Of a stretch of 64,000 nucleotides of DNA, positions 26,272 through 34,645 are shown piece by piece. This DNA is from an uncultured Candidatus Saccharibacteria bacterium (lineage in GTDB: Bacteria > Patescibacteriota > Doudnabacteria > UBA920). A program made the translations under genes and the position numbers. Under the pieces are notes generated by a model. The model did no database searches. It saw only the letters and a list, made by a program, of their open reading frames with translations, and was not told the origin of the DNA. The stretch covers positions 4,748 to 68,747 of the forward strand of contig CAZDEP010000006.1 in assembly GCA_964504715.1 (NCBI GenBank). The letters run 5' to 3'. Position 1 is the stretch's first letter. Each line of letters starts with the position of its first letter.

Positions 26272-29034
26272 ATGTCTTTTTTATCCAAACTATTCGGCGG
26301 TGAATCGCCCGCTATCGACAAATACCAAAAAGAACTTGACGCGGTCAATGTTTTTAAAAGTGAAGTTGAGAAATTGACACAGGAAAAAATTCAAGAAGAA
26401 GTAGCAAGTATCAAGGGTCAAGTATCAAGCTTAAAGACAAAAGAAGAAATAAAAAACAAGTTGAAAGAAGTTAGGCCACGCGTGTTTGCTTTAGTCAGGG
26501 AAGCGGCCAAAAGAACCATAGGCCAGACGCATTATGACGTGCAAATTGTCGGCGGCCTGGCTTTGTCGGACAACCGCATAGCGGAAATGAAGACCGGCGA
26601 AGGCAAAACACTCACTGCCACGCTGCCTTTAGTCTTGTATGCTTTGGCAGGCAAGGGCGCGCATTTGGTAACCGTCAACGACTATTTAGGCCGGTGGCAA
26701 GCCTCCCTTATGGGCCCGATTTTCCATTACTTGGGCTTAACTGTTTCTTCCATCCAGCATGAAGCTTCTTTTTTATATGATCCCACTTACCAACCCGAGG
26801 CGGAAGAACTCGAAAAGCTGGAAGGCCAGACCGAAGGTTTGGTAATGGATGTAAAGCACATGAGGCCGATTGCGAGAAAAGAGGCCTATGCTTCCGACAT
26901 AACTTACGGCACCAACAACGAATTCGGTTTTGATTATTTGCGGGACAATATGGCCCAGCGGGCCCAAAGCATGGTCCAAAGGCCTTTGTTTTTTGCCATT
27001 GTCGACGAAGTTGACTCAATTTTAATTGACGAAGCCAGGACGCCGCTTATAATTAGCGCGCCCGATACAGACCCGACTGACAAGTACGTGCAGTTTGCAA
27101 AGCTGGTTGGTCAGCTAAACGAAGGCGAGCACTATTCCGTAGACGAAAAACACAAAGCCGCGAGTTTGACCGATTCCGGCATTAACAAAATTGAAGAAAT
27201 TTTGCGCGTGCCCAATATTTACGACACGAGCAAGGGCGTGACCACCATCCACCACATAGAGCAGGCTTTGCGTGCCAAAACTTTGTTTAAAATTGACCGC
27301 GACTACGTAACGCGCAACGGGGAAATAGTGATTGTGGACGAATTCACCGGCAGGCTCATGTTTGGCCGGAGGTATTCCGAAGGCCTTCACCAGGCCATAG
27401 AAGCCAAGGAGGGAGTAAAAATCCAAGCCGAAAGCAAAACTCTTGCCACTATTACTTTTCAAAATTTGTTTCGCCTTTACGATTTTTTGTCCGGTATGAC
27501 AGGTACGGCTAAAACCGAAGAGGAAGAATTTTTCAAAATTTACCGCCTGCAGGTGGAAATTATCCCCACTAACCGGCCGATGGTAAGGAACGATGCGGCC
27601 GATGTGGTCTATAAAACCGAAAAAGCAAAATTTGAAGCCATTGCCAAAGAAGTCGCACTTAGGCATAAAAAAGGCCAGCCGATTTTGATTGGCACGGTCA
27701 GCATTGCCAAGAACGAACTTTTGGCCGATGAACTTAAAAAACAGGGCTTAAGTTTTGAGCTTTTAAATGCCAAAAACCACGAACGTGAAGCGCATATTAT
27801 TGCCCAGGCAGGACGGCTTGGAGCCATTACTTTGGCTACCAACATAGCCGGTCGCGGCGTGGACATTCTTTTGGGCGGAAATCCCATTGACCAGGAGGAA
27901 GCCAAAGCTGTGCGTGAGGCAGGCGGCCTGCACGTTTTGGGGACCGAGCGGCATGAATCTCGTAGGATCGACAACCAGCTTAGGGGCCGCGCAGGACGCC
28001 AGGGCGACCCGGGTTCTTCGCAGTTTTTCGTTTCCATGGAAGACGACCTCATGAGGCTTTTCGGCGGCGAACGGATGAAATCCCTCATGACGACTTTAGG
28101 CATACCCGACGACCAGCCCATAGAAGCCAAAATGGTTTCCCGCTCCATTGAATCGGCGCAAAAAAAGATTGAAGGCCTAAATTTTGACACCCGCAAGCAC
28201 GTCTTGGAATTCGACGATGTATTAAACCATCAACGCAATATTATTTATAAAATTCGCAGGCGCTATTTGCCCGGCTATGAACCGAAAGTGGACGAAGCCG
28301 GCCAACCGTTTGACCTTAAAAAAGAAATTTTGGAAATTGCGCGTGAGGAAGTAAGTAATTTGGTATTGAGTATACTTAATGCCGAAGTTCCGTCCGAAAA
28401 TAAGGCTTCCCAGGTTGACGAAGTAATTAAAGCGCTTGGGTCAATTTTTACAGTCCCCGAAGAGCTTAAAAGTAAAATTAAGGACGAATTTCCAAACGCC
28501 GCGGACAGGGAATTTGCCATAACGGATGCAACTCTGGTGGAACTGGAAAAATTCTGGGATGCAAAGGCGCAAGAATTCACGAAAGAAGGCTTTGAAAGCG
28601 TGGCACAGTATATAGCACTTCAAAATTTGGACGCCTTATGGATGGAGCACTTGGATACCATGGACCATCTGCGCGACAGCGTAAGGCTTCGCGGCTACGG
28701 TCAAAGGGACCCGTTGGTGGAATACAAAAAGGAAGGCTTTGGCATGTTCCAGAGGCTGGTGAAGGAAATAAACCGGCAAATAGTCTTTACAATTTTCAAA
28801 GTTAATATTCAAGTTAATCCAAATGTCCCTGCTCAGGAAGTCCAAATGGTGACAAATAGGACAGATACGACAAATACGTCGAATAGGACCAATGAGAATG
28901 TCGGCCGCAACGATCCCTGCCCATGCGGCAGCGGGAAAAAGTGGAAGAAATGCGGAATGCAAAATACCCAGGAACACCAAATAAATATGGCCAAAGGCAC
29001 CAGTCAAAAGCATGCGGCCAAGGTGGGAGGGTAG
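26272..29034 (+). CDS. secA: Preprotein translocase ATPase SecA
   Basis: DEAD-like motor motifs (MKTGEGKTLTATLP, TVNDYL), helical scaffold, and C-terminal SEC-C zinc finger CPCGSGKKWKKCG. Confidence 0.95.
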   Translation: MSFLSKLFGGESPAIDKYQKELDAVNVFKSEVEKLTQEKIQEEVASIKGQVSSLKTKEEIKNKLKEVRPRVFALVREAAKRTIGQTHYDVQIVGGLALSDNRIAEMKTGEGKTLTATLPLVLYALAGKGAHLVTVNDYLGRWQASLMGPIFHYLGLTVSSIQHEASFLYDPTYQPEAEELEKLEGQTEGLVMDVKHMRPIARKEAYASDITYGTNNEFGFDYLRDNMAQRAQSMVQRPLFFAIVDEVDSILIDEARTPLIISAPDTDPTDKYVQFAKLVGQLNEGEHYSVDEKHKAASLTDSGINKIEEILRVPNIYDTSKGVTTIHHIEQALRAKTLFKIDRDYVTRNGEIVIVDEFTGRLMFGRRYSEGLHQAIEAKEGVKIQAESKTLATITFQNLFRLYDFLSGMTGTAKTEEEEFFKIYRLQVEIIPTNRPMVRNDAADVVYKTEKAKFEAIAKEVALRHKKGQPILIGTVSIAKNELLADELKKQGLSFELLNAKNHEREAHIIAQAGRLGAITLATNIAGRGVDILLGGNPIDQEEAKAVREAGGLHVLGTERHESRRIDNQLRGRAGRQGDPGSSQFFVSMEDDLMRLFGGERMKSLMTTLGIPDDQPIEAKMVSRSIESAQKKIEGLNFDTRKHVLEFDDVLNHQRNIIYKIRRRYLPGYEPKVDEAGQPFDLKKEILEIAREEVSNLVLSILNAEVPSENKASQVDEVIKALGSIFTVPEELKSKIKDEFPNAADREFAITDATLVELEKFWDAKAQEFTKEGFESVAQYIALQNLDALWMEHLDTMDHLRDSVRLRGYGQRDPLVEYKKEGFGMFQRLVKEINRQIVFTIFKVNIQVNPNVPAQEVQMVTNRTDTTNTSNRTNENVGRNDPCPCGSGKKWKKCGMQNTQEHQINMAKGTSQKHAAKVGG
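26395..26430 (+). repeat. In-frame 7-bp periodic CAAGTAT repeat inside secA (encodes EEVASIKGQVSSLK)
   Basis: gaagtag CAAGtat CAAGggt CAAGtat CAAGc; a near-identical DNA segment occurs in pepN at 31513-31554. Confidence 0.6.
28843..28895 (+). repeat. In-frame 9-bp periodic ACAAATAGG-type repeat inside secA, just before the zinc finger (encodes QMVTNRTDTTNTSNRTNEN)
   Basis: caaatggtg acaaatagg acagatacg acaaatacg tcgaatagg accaatgag. It nearly matches the left arm of intergenic locus A (acaaatac acgaatacc accaatat). Confidence 0.65.
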
Positions 29035-29271
29035 CTATAAAAATGCCCGGACAATAATATGGAAAAATATACTATCGAAATTGAAACTTCAGCGGGCTGG
29101 ATACAATATCACAGCATTATGCGGCCGGGACAAGAGAGAGCTAAAATAATCCTTAAAGAATTACAGGATAAGTTTCCCAGTTCAAAATTTAGAATTGTGG
29201 TGTGGGAGGGGAAAGAAATTTAGAAATTTAAATTAACATAAATCTTTAATCTTAAATTTAATATCTAATTT

Positions 29272-29559
29272 ATGTCACACGATTACCTCAAAAAAGAACC
29301 GTCAAAAACCGAAAAAATGCTTTACGAGCTCGCTATGAACCAGAACCAAATGCAAAAAGGCTTATGGTCCACTTCCACGGTGGCAATGGCTGCAGCAATT
29401 GCCGCAAAAATTAAGCCGGAAGAGTTGGCGGCATTAATTGTCGATGACGCGAAAATCAAAGAATTCAGCGAAAAAGTAAACGAAGTAATAAAAAAATTGG
29501 AGTCGGAAAAGCATGCGGGCCACGAGCATGCAGCTGAAGTAGAAAAGAAGAACACTTAA
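29272..29559 (+). CDS. Hypothetical protein (95 aa)
   Basis: ORF with a plausible AT-rich leader; no recognisable motif. Confidence 0.4.
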   Translation: MSHDYLKKEPSKTEKMLYELAMNQNQMQKGLWSTSTVAMAAAIAAKIKPEELAALIVDDAKIKEFSEKVNEVIKKLESEKHAGHEHAAEVEKKNT

Positions 29560-29757
29560 AGGAAATTTAGGAGACCTGCGCTACCAAAAGTTTTCTTGGT
29601 GATTTTGTAGGGCGCAGCAAGAGCGCGGACTTACCTCATAATTCTTAGGATATATATTCGGACAAAAATTTATTGAAGAAAACAGTAGCGAGTTTTCGAT
29701 CAAGGTCTAACCGAACGGAAAATCTCCGACACTTTTAACTTATTGGATAAAAACTTA

Positions 29758-30216
29758 ATGGAAAAGGAAAGGCCAAAAATCGGAATTGGGGTTTATATTG
29801 TCAATAATAAGAATGAGCTTTTGTTAATGCTTAGAAAGGGAGTAAAGGGTGCGGGGAAATGGTCGCCCCCGGGGGGTCATTTGGAAATAGGGGAAGAATT
29901 TTTCGATACTGTAAAAAGGGAAACAAAAGAAGAGGTGGGGATTGACGTTTTTGAGGCGGAATTTTTGGCACTAGGGAACAACATAATGCCTGATAGGCAT
30001 TATGTAAATATAGATTTTCTTGTTTCAAAATATAGTGGCAGTCCCCATAACCTTGAACCTGAAAAATGCGCCGAAATACGATGGTTCAGCCTCGCTAACC
30101 TGCCACAACCGTTGTTTGAACCCACGGAGTACTTGCTTAAAAGGAACCCTAAATGTTTATGTCGAAGCGGAAAAAATTACTCTGATTGCCACGGTAAAAC
30201 TAACCATCCCAACTAA
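29758..30216 (+). CDS. Nudix hydrolase with a C-terminal SEC-C-type zinc motif
   Basis: Nudix box GGHLEIGEEFFDTVKRETKEEVGI; C-terminus KCLCRSGKNYSDCHG matches the SEC-C CxC..SG..Y..CHG pattern. ATG at 29758 (track ORF uses TTG at 29743). Confidence 0.8.
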   Translation: MEKERPKIGIGVYIVNNKNELLLMLRKGVKGAGKWSPPGGHLEIGEEFFDTVKRETKEEVGIDVFEAEFLALGNNIMPDRHYVNIDFLVSKYSGSPHNLEPEKCAEIRWFSLANLPQPLFEPTEYLLKRNPKCLCRSGKNYSDCHGKTNHPN

Positions 30217-30232
30217 CTTCTTGGAAAAAACT

Positions 30233-30823
30233 ATGCTTTATTTTATAACCGGAAACAAAAAAAAGTTTTTTGAGGCCAGTCAAATTATGCCTAAACTTAA
30301 GCAATTAGACATAAGTTTGCCGGAAATCCAAGAATTAGATATTAAGAAAATTATTGTTTTTAAGCTTAAACAAGCCTTTTTGCATCACAAGGGCCCTTTT
30401 TTAATTGAGGACAGCGGGGTTTGCCTTGGGGCTTTAGGAAATAAACTGCCCGGACCTTTGGCTAAGTGGTTCAACGATACTATCGGTCCAGATGGTTATT
30501 TTAAGCTTGCAAAAAAGTTCAAAAATTTTAAAGCTTTTGCTGTTACAATTGTTGCGTATGCCCAAAACGCTAAAAATATTAAATTTTTTGAAGGCAGGGT
30601 AAACGGCACTGTGGTCAAGCCCAGGGGCCAATACCGCTTTGGCTATGACGAAATTTTAGTTCCTAACGGGTCCAAATTCACCCTGTCGGAATTGAAAGCC
30701 GGGGGTAACTTCACTTTGAGCCCTCGTGGACTGGCTTTTAGGAAACTTAAGGATTATTTGTATGGCAAAGCAAAAATTAAACGAAAAGCAAAGAAGACTC
30801 GACAAGATAGCAAAAGAAATTGA
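30233..30823 (+). CDS. rdgB: Non-canonical purine NTP pyrophosphatase (Ham1/RdgB, dITP/XTPase)
   Basis: MLYFITGNKKKFFEA ... FGYDEILVP. The upstream part of track ORF 30020..30823 overlaps the Nudix gene and is not part of the protein. Confidence 0.75.
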   Translation: MLYFITGNKKKFFEASQIMPKLKQLDISLPEIQELDIKKIIVFKLKQAFLHHKGPFLIEDSGVCLGALGNKLPGPLAKWFNDTIGPDGYFKLAKKFKNFKAFAVTIVAYAQNAKNIKFFEGRVNGTVVKPRGQYRFGYDEILVPNGSKFTLSELKAGGNFTLSPRGLAFRKLKDYLYGKAKIKRKAKKTRQDSKRN

Positions 30824-31331
30824 GGCGTGCGAAATTTGCAAAGTGGGCAAGATCGGCCAAGCAGTGCCCGGCGAGGGCAATGCGGATGCCGATGTTGTTT
30901 TTATAGGCGAAGCGCCGGGCAAGCAGGAGGCGGTCACGGGCCGGCCTTTTATTGGCAGGGCCGGAAAGGTTTTAAGGGGTTTGATTAAGCAAGTTGGTTT
31001 GAATGAAAAAAACGTTTTTATTACAAGCCCGGTAAAATATCTGCCCGAATATGTCACCCCCAAACCCGCTGACATTGAGCATGGGAGGACGCATCTTTTT
31101 AAGCAACTAGACATAATTCGGCCCAAGGTGGTGGTATTACTCGGCAACGTGGCCGTTCAAGCGCTTTTGCACGAAAAAATGGCAATTGCCAAAGAGCATG
31201 GTAAAATAGTAAACAGGGACGGAATTACGTATTTAATTACTTACCACCCCGCCGCCCCGCTCTACAGCCCAAAAGTCAGGTTGGAGTTGGAAAAAGATTT
31301 TAAAAAATTGAAAAGTCTATCAGTCGTATAG
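30762..31331 (+). CDS. Uracil-DNA glycosylase, family 4 (Fe-S type)
   Basis: ACEICKVGK ... GEGNADADVVFIGEAPGKQEAVTGRPFIGRAGKVL; overlaps the rdgB 3' end by about 60 nt. Confidence 0.8.
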   Translation: MAKQKLNEKQRRLDKIAKEIEACEICKVGKIGQAVPGEGNADADVVFIGEAPGKQEAVTGRPFIGRAGKVLRGLIKQVGLNEKNVFITSPVKYLPEYVTPKPADIEHGRTHLFKQLDIIRPKVVVLLGNVAVQALLHEKMAIAKEHGKIVNRDGITYLITYHPAAPLYSPKVRLELEKDFKKLKSLSVV

Positions 31332-31332
31332 T

Positions 31333-33900
31333 ATGAAAAATATCAAAAAACAATCCGTACGTTTATCTGCTTTCATTAAACCCGAAAACTACAAGCTCCT
31401 TATCAAACCTGATTTGGAGGGTTTTACGTTTGAGGGGGAAGAGACAATATCAATTAAGCTGGAAAAGTCCGTAGCATCTATAACACTGCACGCAAAGGAG
31501 CTCGACATATCCGAAGTAGAGTATCAAGTAGCAAGAATCAAGTATCAAGCAAGGGAGATAAAATACGACAATAAGTCGGAAACAGCAACTTTCATTTTTG
31601 CCCGTAATTTGCCAAAGGGCAGGGGGGCCTTGAATTTAAAATTCAAGGGCATATTGAATGACCATATGCGCGGGTTTTACCGCAGCCGGTACCTTCACAA
31701 CGGCAAGGAAAAACATTTGGCCACCACCCAATTTGAGGCCACGGACGCCAGAAGGGCTTTCCCGTGTTTTGACGAGCCCGCGCAAAAGGCGATTTTTGAC
31801 ATAACGGTAATGGTGCCGCCCGGCCTGACGGCCATATCTAACACCGTGGAATCGAAAATTACCGAACACGAATCCGGCTATAAAGTGGTGGAGTTTGCCC
31901 CCACGCCTAAAATGTCCACATACTTGGTGGCTTTTATAGTAGGCGATTTCGAATTTATTGAAGGCAAGACCAAGTCGGGGACAGCAGTGAGGGTTTTTGT
32001 GACGCCGGGGAAAAAGCACCAGGCCAAATTTGCTTTGGAGTGCGCAATAAAAACTTTGGAATTTTACAATAAGTATTTTGATATTCCCTATCCCTTGCCG
32101 ATTCTTGACCTGATTGCCATTCCGGATTTTAGCCATGGCGCCATGGAAAATTGGGGCGCGGTAACTTACCGCGAATCCGCGCTTTTGGTTGATCCCGAAA
32201 ATTCTTCCGCTGCCAACAAACAATGGGTGGCGCTTGTAATTGCCCACGAACTCGCGCACCAATGGTTCGGTAATTTGGTCACCATGCAGTGGTGGACGGA
32301 TTTGTGGCTGAATGAAGGTTTTGCATCTTATATTGAATACCTGGCAGTCGACCACTTGTTTCCTTCTTGGGATATTTGGACTCAGTTTGCTTACAACGAT
32401 TTGGGCATAGCGTTAAAACTGGACGCGCTTAAATCCACCCACCCAATTGAAGTTGAGGTTAGGCACCCCGACGAAATCGGCGAAATTTTTGACGAAGTCA
32501 GCTATTCAAAAGGTGCCAGCGTAATCCGCATGCTGGCCAATTACCTGGGCGAACGTGATTTTATGGACGGCTTAAGGCATTATTTAAAAAAACATGCCTA
32601 TCAAAATACGCGGACAGTGGATTTGTGGCGGGCGTTTGAAAGAATTTCCAAAAAACCGGTGAGCAAAATTATGAAGAATTGGACGGGCAAACCCGGCTAC
32701 CCGCTTATTAAAGTTATCCAAAAACCGCGGGGGATAGGGCTTGCCCAATCCCGCTTTTTTTCTTCGCCGCTTTCTAAAAAACAGGCTAAAGACAAGACGC
32801 TTTGGGATATCCCGGTAAAAATTTCGAATGACAAATTACAAATTTCAAATGAGATCTTAAAAGCCAAATCACAAACCCTCACAAAGCCCCAGGGCCAAAT
32901 GTTTAAGCTCAACTTTGGCGAGTCTTCCCTGGTGCGCGTAGATTACCCGGCGCAACTTTTGCAAAAGCTTCATGGGCCGATTAAAAGCAAAAAGCTCCCG
33001 GCTCTGGACCGTTTAGGCTTAATCCGCGACGCCTTTGCTTTGGCCGAAAGCGGGGATTTGCCTTCTGCCCAGGCTTTGGAGCTTGCCATGCATTATATTA
33101 ATGAAAATGACTATACCGTTTGGCTGGAGCTTGTTTCAGGCCTTCATTCGGTTGATAATTTGCTGGCCGGGCAAAATTTCCAAAGCCAATTCCGGCATTT
33201 TGCAGTCGGTTTGCTTAAACAGATGCTAAAAAATGTGGGATGGAAAGCTCAGGCCAATGAACCGCACACCAAGAGCCTTTTAAGGAGCCTTATTTTAAGT
33301 GCCAGCGGCAACTTTAAAAATCCGGAAGTAATTCTGGAAGCAAAAAATAGGTTTGACGGGTGGATGCGGAAAAATAAAAAAATCACCCCTGATTTAAGAG
33401 GTGTGGTTTACTCAGTTGCTGCGGAAAACGGCGGACATAAAGAACATAGTTTTTTAATCAATGCTTACAAAACAGAAGCCCTGCACGAAGAAAAAAACCG
33501 CATTGGCCGCGCTTTGGGCCTGTTTAATTCCGAGGCTTTGGTAAAAAAAACCTTGGAATTTGCTTTGTCGGAAGGCGTTAGGCCACAGGATACGCCGGGA
33601 ATTTTCCTTTCCTGCTGGCAAAACCAAAACCAGAGGGCTCAAGTCTGGAAGTTTACTAAGCAGCACTGGCAAGAGCTTTTAAAGCGCTACCCGTCGTCTG
33701 GCCATATGCTTAACCGTTTTATAAAACCCGCCGGTCTTTTTGCGGACAAAGCCCGGGCAAAAGAAGTTGGTAATTTTTTCAAAGCCCATAAGGCGCCGGG
33801 GGCACAAAGGGCAATTGAACAAGTCGTAGAAAAAATTCTTTCCAATGCCGAATGGCTGGGAAGGGACGGGGGGAAAATACAAAATTGGCTAATGCAGTAA
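31333..33900 (+). CDS. pepN: Aminopeptidase N (M1 family zinc metallopeptidase)
   Basis: GAMENWGAVTYRE and HELAHQWFGNLVTMQWWTDLWLNEGFA (HEXXH-18-E). Confidence 0.9.
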   Translation: MKNIKKQSVRLSAFIKPENYKLLIKPDLEGFTFEGEETISIKLEKSVASITLHAKELDISEVEYQVARIKYQAREIKYDNKSETATFIFARNLPKGRGALNLKFKGILNDHMRGFYRSRYLHNGKEKHLATTQFEATDARRAFPCFDEPAQKAIFDITVMVPPGLTAISNTVESKITEHESGYKVVEFAPTPKMSTYLVAFIVGDFEFIEGKTKSGTAVRVFVTPGKKHQAKFALECAIKTLEFYNKYFDIPYPLPILDLIAIPDFSHGAMENWGAVTYRESALLVDPENSSAANKQWVALVIAHELAHQWFGNLVTMQWWTDLWLNEGFASYIEYLAVDHLFPSWDIWTQFAYNDLGIALKLDALKSTHPIEVEVRHPDEIGEIFDEVSYSKGASVIRMLANYLGERDFMDGLRHYLKKHAYQNTRTVDLWRAFERISKKPVSKIMKNWTGKPGYPLIKVIQKPRGIGLAQSRFFSSPLSKKQAKDKTLWDIPVKISNDKLQISNEILKAKSQTLTKPQGQMFKLNFGESSLVRVDYPAQLLQKLHGPIKSKKLPALDRLGLIRDAFALAESGDLPSAQALELAMHYINENDYTVWLELVSGLHSVDNLLAGQNFQSQFRHFAVGLLKQMLKNVGWKAQANEPHTKSLLRSLILSASGNFKNPEVILEAKNRFDGWMRKNKKITPDLRGVVYSVAAENGGHKEHSFLINAYKTEALHEEKNRIGRALGLFNSEALVKKTLEFALSEGVRPQDTPGIFLSCWQNQNQRAQVWKFTKQHWQELLKRYPSSGHMLNRFIKPAGLFADKARAKEVGNFFKAHKAPGAQRAIEQVVEKILSNAEWLGRDGGKIQNWLMQ
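31513..31554 (+). repeat. In-frame CAAGTAT repeat inside pepN (encodes EVEYQVARIKYQAREIKY)
   Basis: gaagtag agtat CAAGtag CAAGaat CAAGtat CAAG CAAGg; shares gaagtag and caagtatcaagc with the secA copy. Confidence 0.6.
32821..32880 (+). repeat. In-frame CAAAT-family repeat inside pepN (encodes ISNDKLQISNEILKAKSQ)
   Basis: atttcgaatgacaaattacaaatttcaaatgag ... gccaaatcacaaaccctcacaaag; same units as the intergenic arrays. Confidence 0.55.
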
Positions 33901-33910
33901 CGGCCGGAAA

Positions 33911-33960
33911 TACCAAATGACAAATGACAAATCCCAATTAAATTCCAAAATCAAAATTTT
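33911..33960 (+). repeat. CAAAT-family repeat spanning the start codon of the L,D-transpeptidase gene (encodes MTNDKSQLNSKIKILK)
   Basis: ccaaatgacaaatgacaaatcccaattaaattccaaaatcaaaatttt. Confidence 0.55.
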
Positions 33961-34597
33961 AAAGCCTCGGCCGCAAGCAGGGCGCAGTTTAAAAAATCGT
34001 TTGATTTACCGGCTGGCGTGGTGCTTGTTTGCAGCCGTGTTAATTTTGGCAAGTCCGCTGCAATTTGCTCTCGCACAGGAAAATACCGACTCGGACGCCG
34101 ACGGTTTGTCAGATTACCTGGAAATAAATATTTACCGGACCGACCCTAAGCGCGCGGACACTGACGGGGACGGTTATATTGACGGCGTGGAGATTGAAAA
34201 TTCTTACGATCCGAATAAGCCTTACGACGACAAAATTTCAAAAGTCATCGGCGTCAGTTTAAAAGACCAAACGCTCACTTATTCTTTGGGACCCTATATT
34301 TTAAAAACTATTTTTATATCTTCCGGCCTGTCCTCCACCCCGACTCCGCCGGGAGAATACGCGGTAGAAAAAAAGCTGCCTTTGGTAACCTACCGCGGCC
34401 GCAACTATTATTATCCAAATACCAAATGGAATATGCTGTTTAAAAGCGGCTCAAAAGGCGGGTATTATATTCATGGCGCTTATTGGCATAATAATTTTGG
34501 CAAACCCATGAGCCATGGCTGCATTAACGTTTCTTATACAGAAATGCAGCCCCTTTACGAATGGGCCGATGTGGGCACAAGGCTAATAATTGAATAG
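33917..34597 (+). CDS. L,D-transpeptidase (YkuD domain) with N-terminal calcium-binding-like D-x-D repeats
   Basis: Catalytic HG...SHGC (YYIHGAYWHNNFGKPMSHGCINV) and DSDADGLSDY ... DTDGDGYIDGVE. Confidence 0.8.
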   Translation: MTNDKSQLNSKIKILKPRPQAGRSLKNRLIYRLAWCLFAAVLILASPLQFALAQENTDSDADGLSDYLEINIYRTDPKRADTDGDGYIDGVEIENSYDPNKPYDDKISKVIGVSLKDQTLTYSLGPYILKTIFISSGLSSTPTPPGEYAVEKKLPLVTYRGRNYYYPNTKWNMLFKSGSKGGYYIHGAYWHNNFGKPMSHGCINVSYTEMQPLYEWADVGTRLIIE

Positions 34598-34645
34598 CTG
34601 GCACAAGCTTGCATTATCTAAAAATCCCGCTATAATATCTTAAGT

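Noticed and set aside
30020-30232. N-terminal 71 codons of track ORF 30020..30823
   Set aside because: This stretch overlaps the Nudix gene in another frame. Ham1 homology begins at MLYFITGN (30233), so the upstream part is a read-through artefact.
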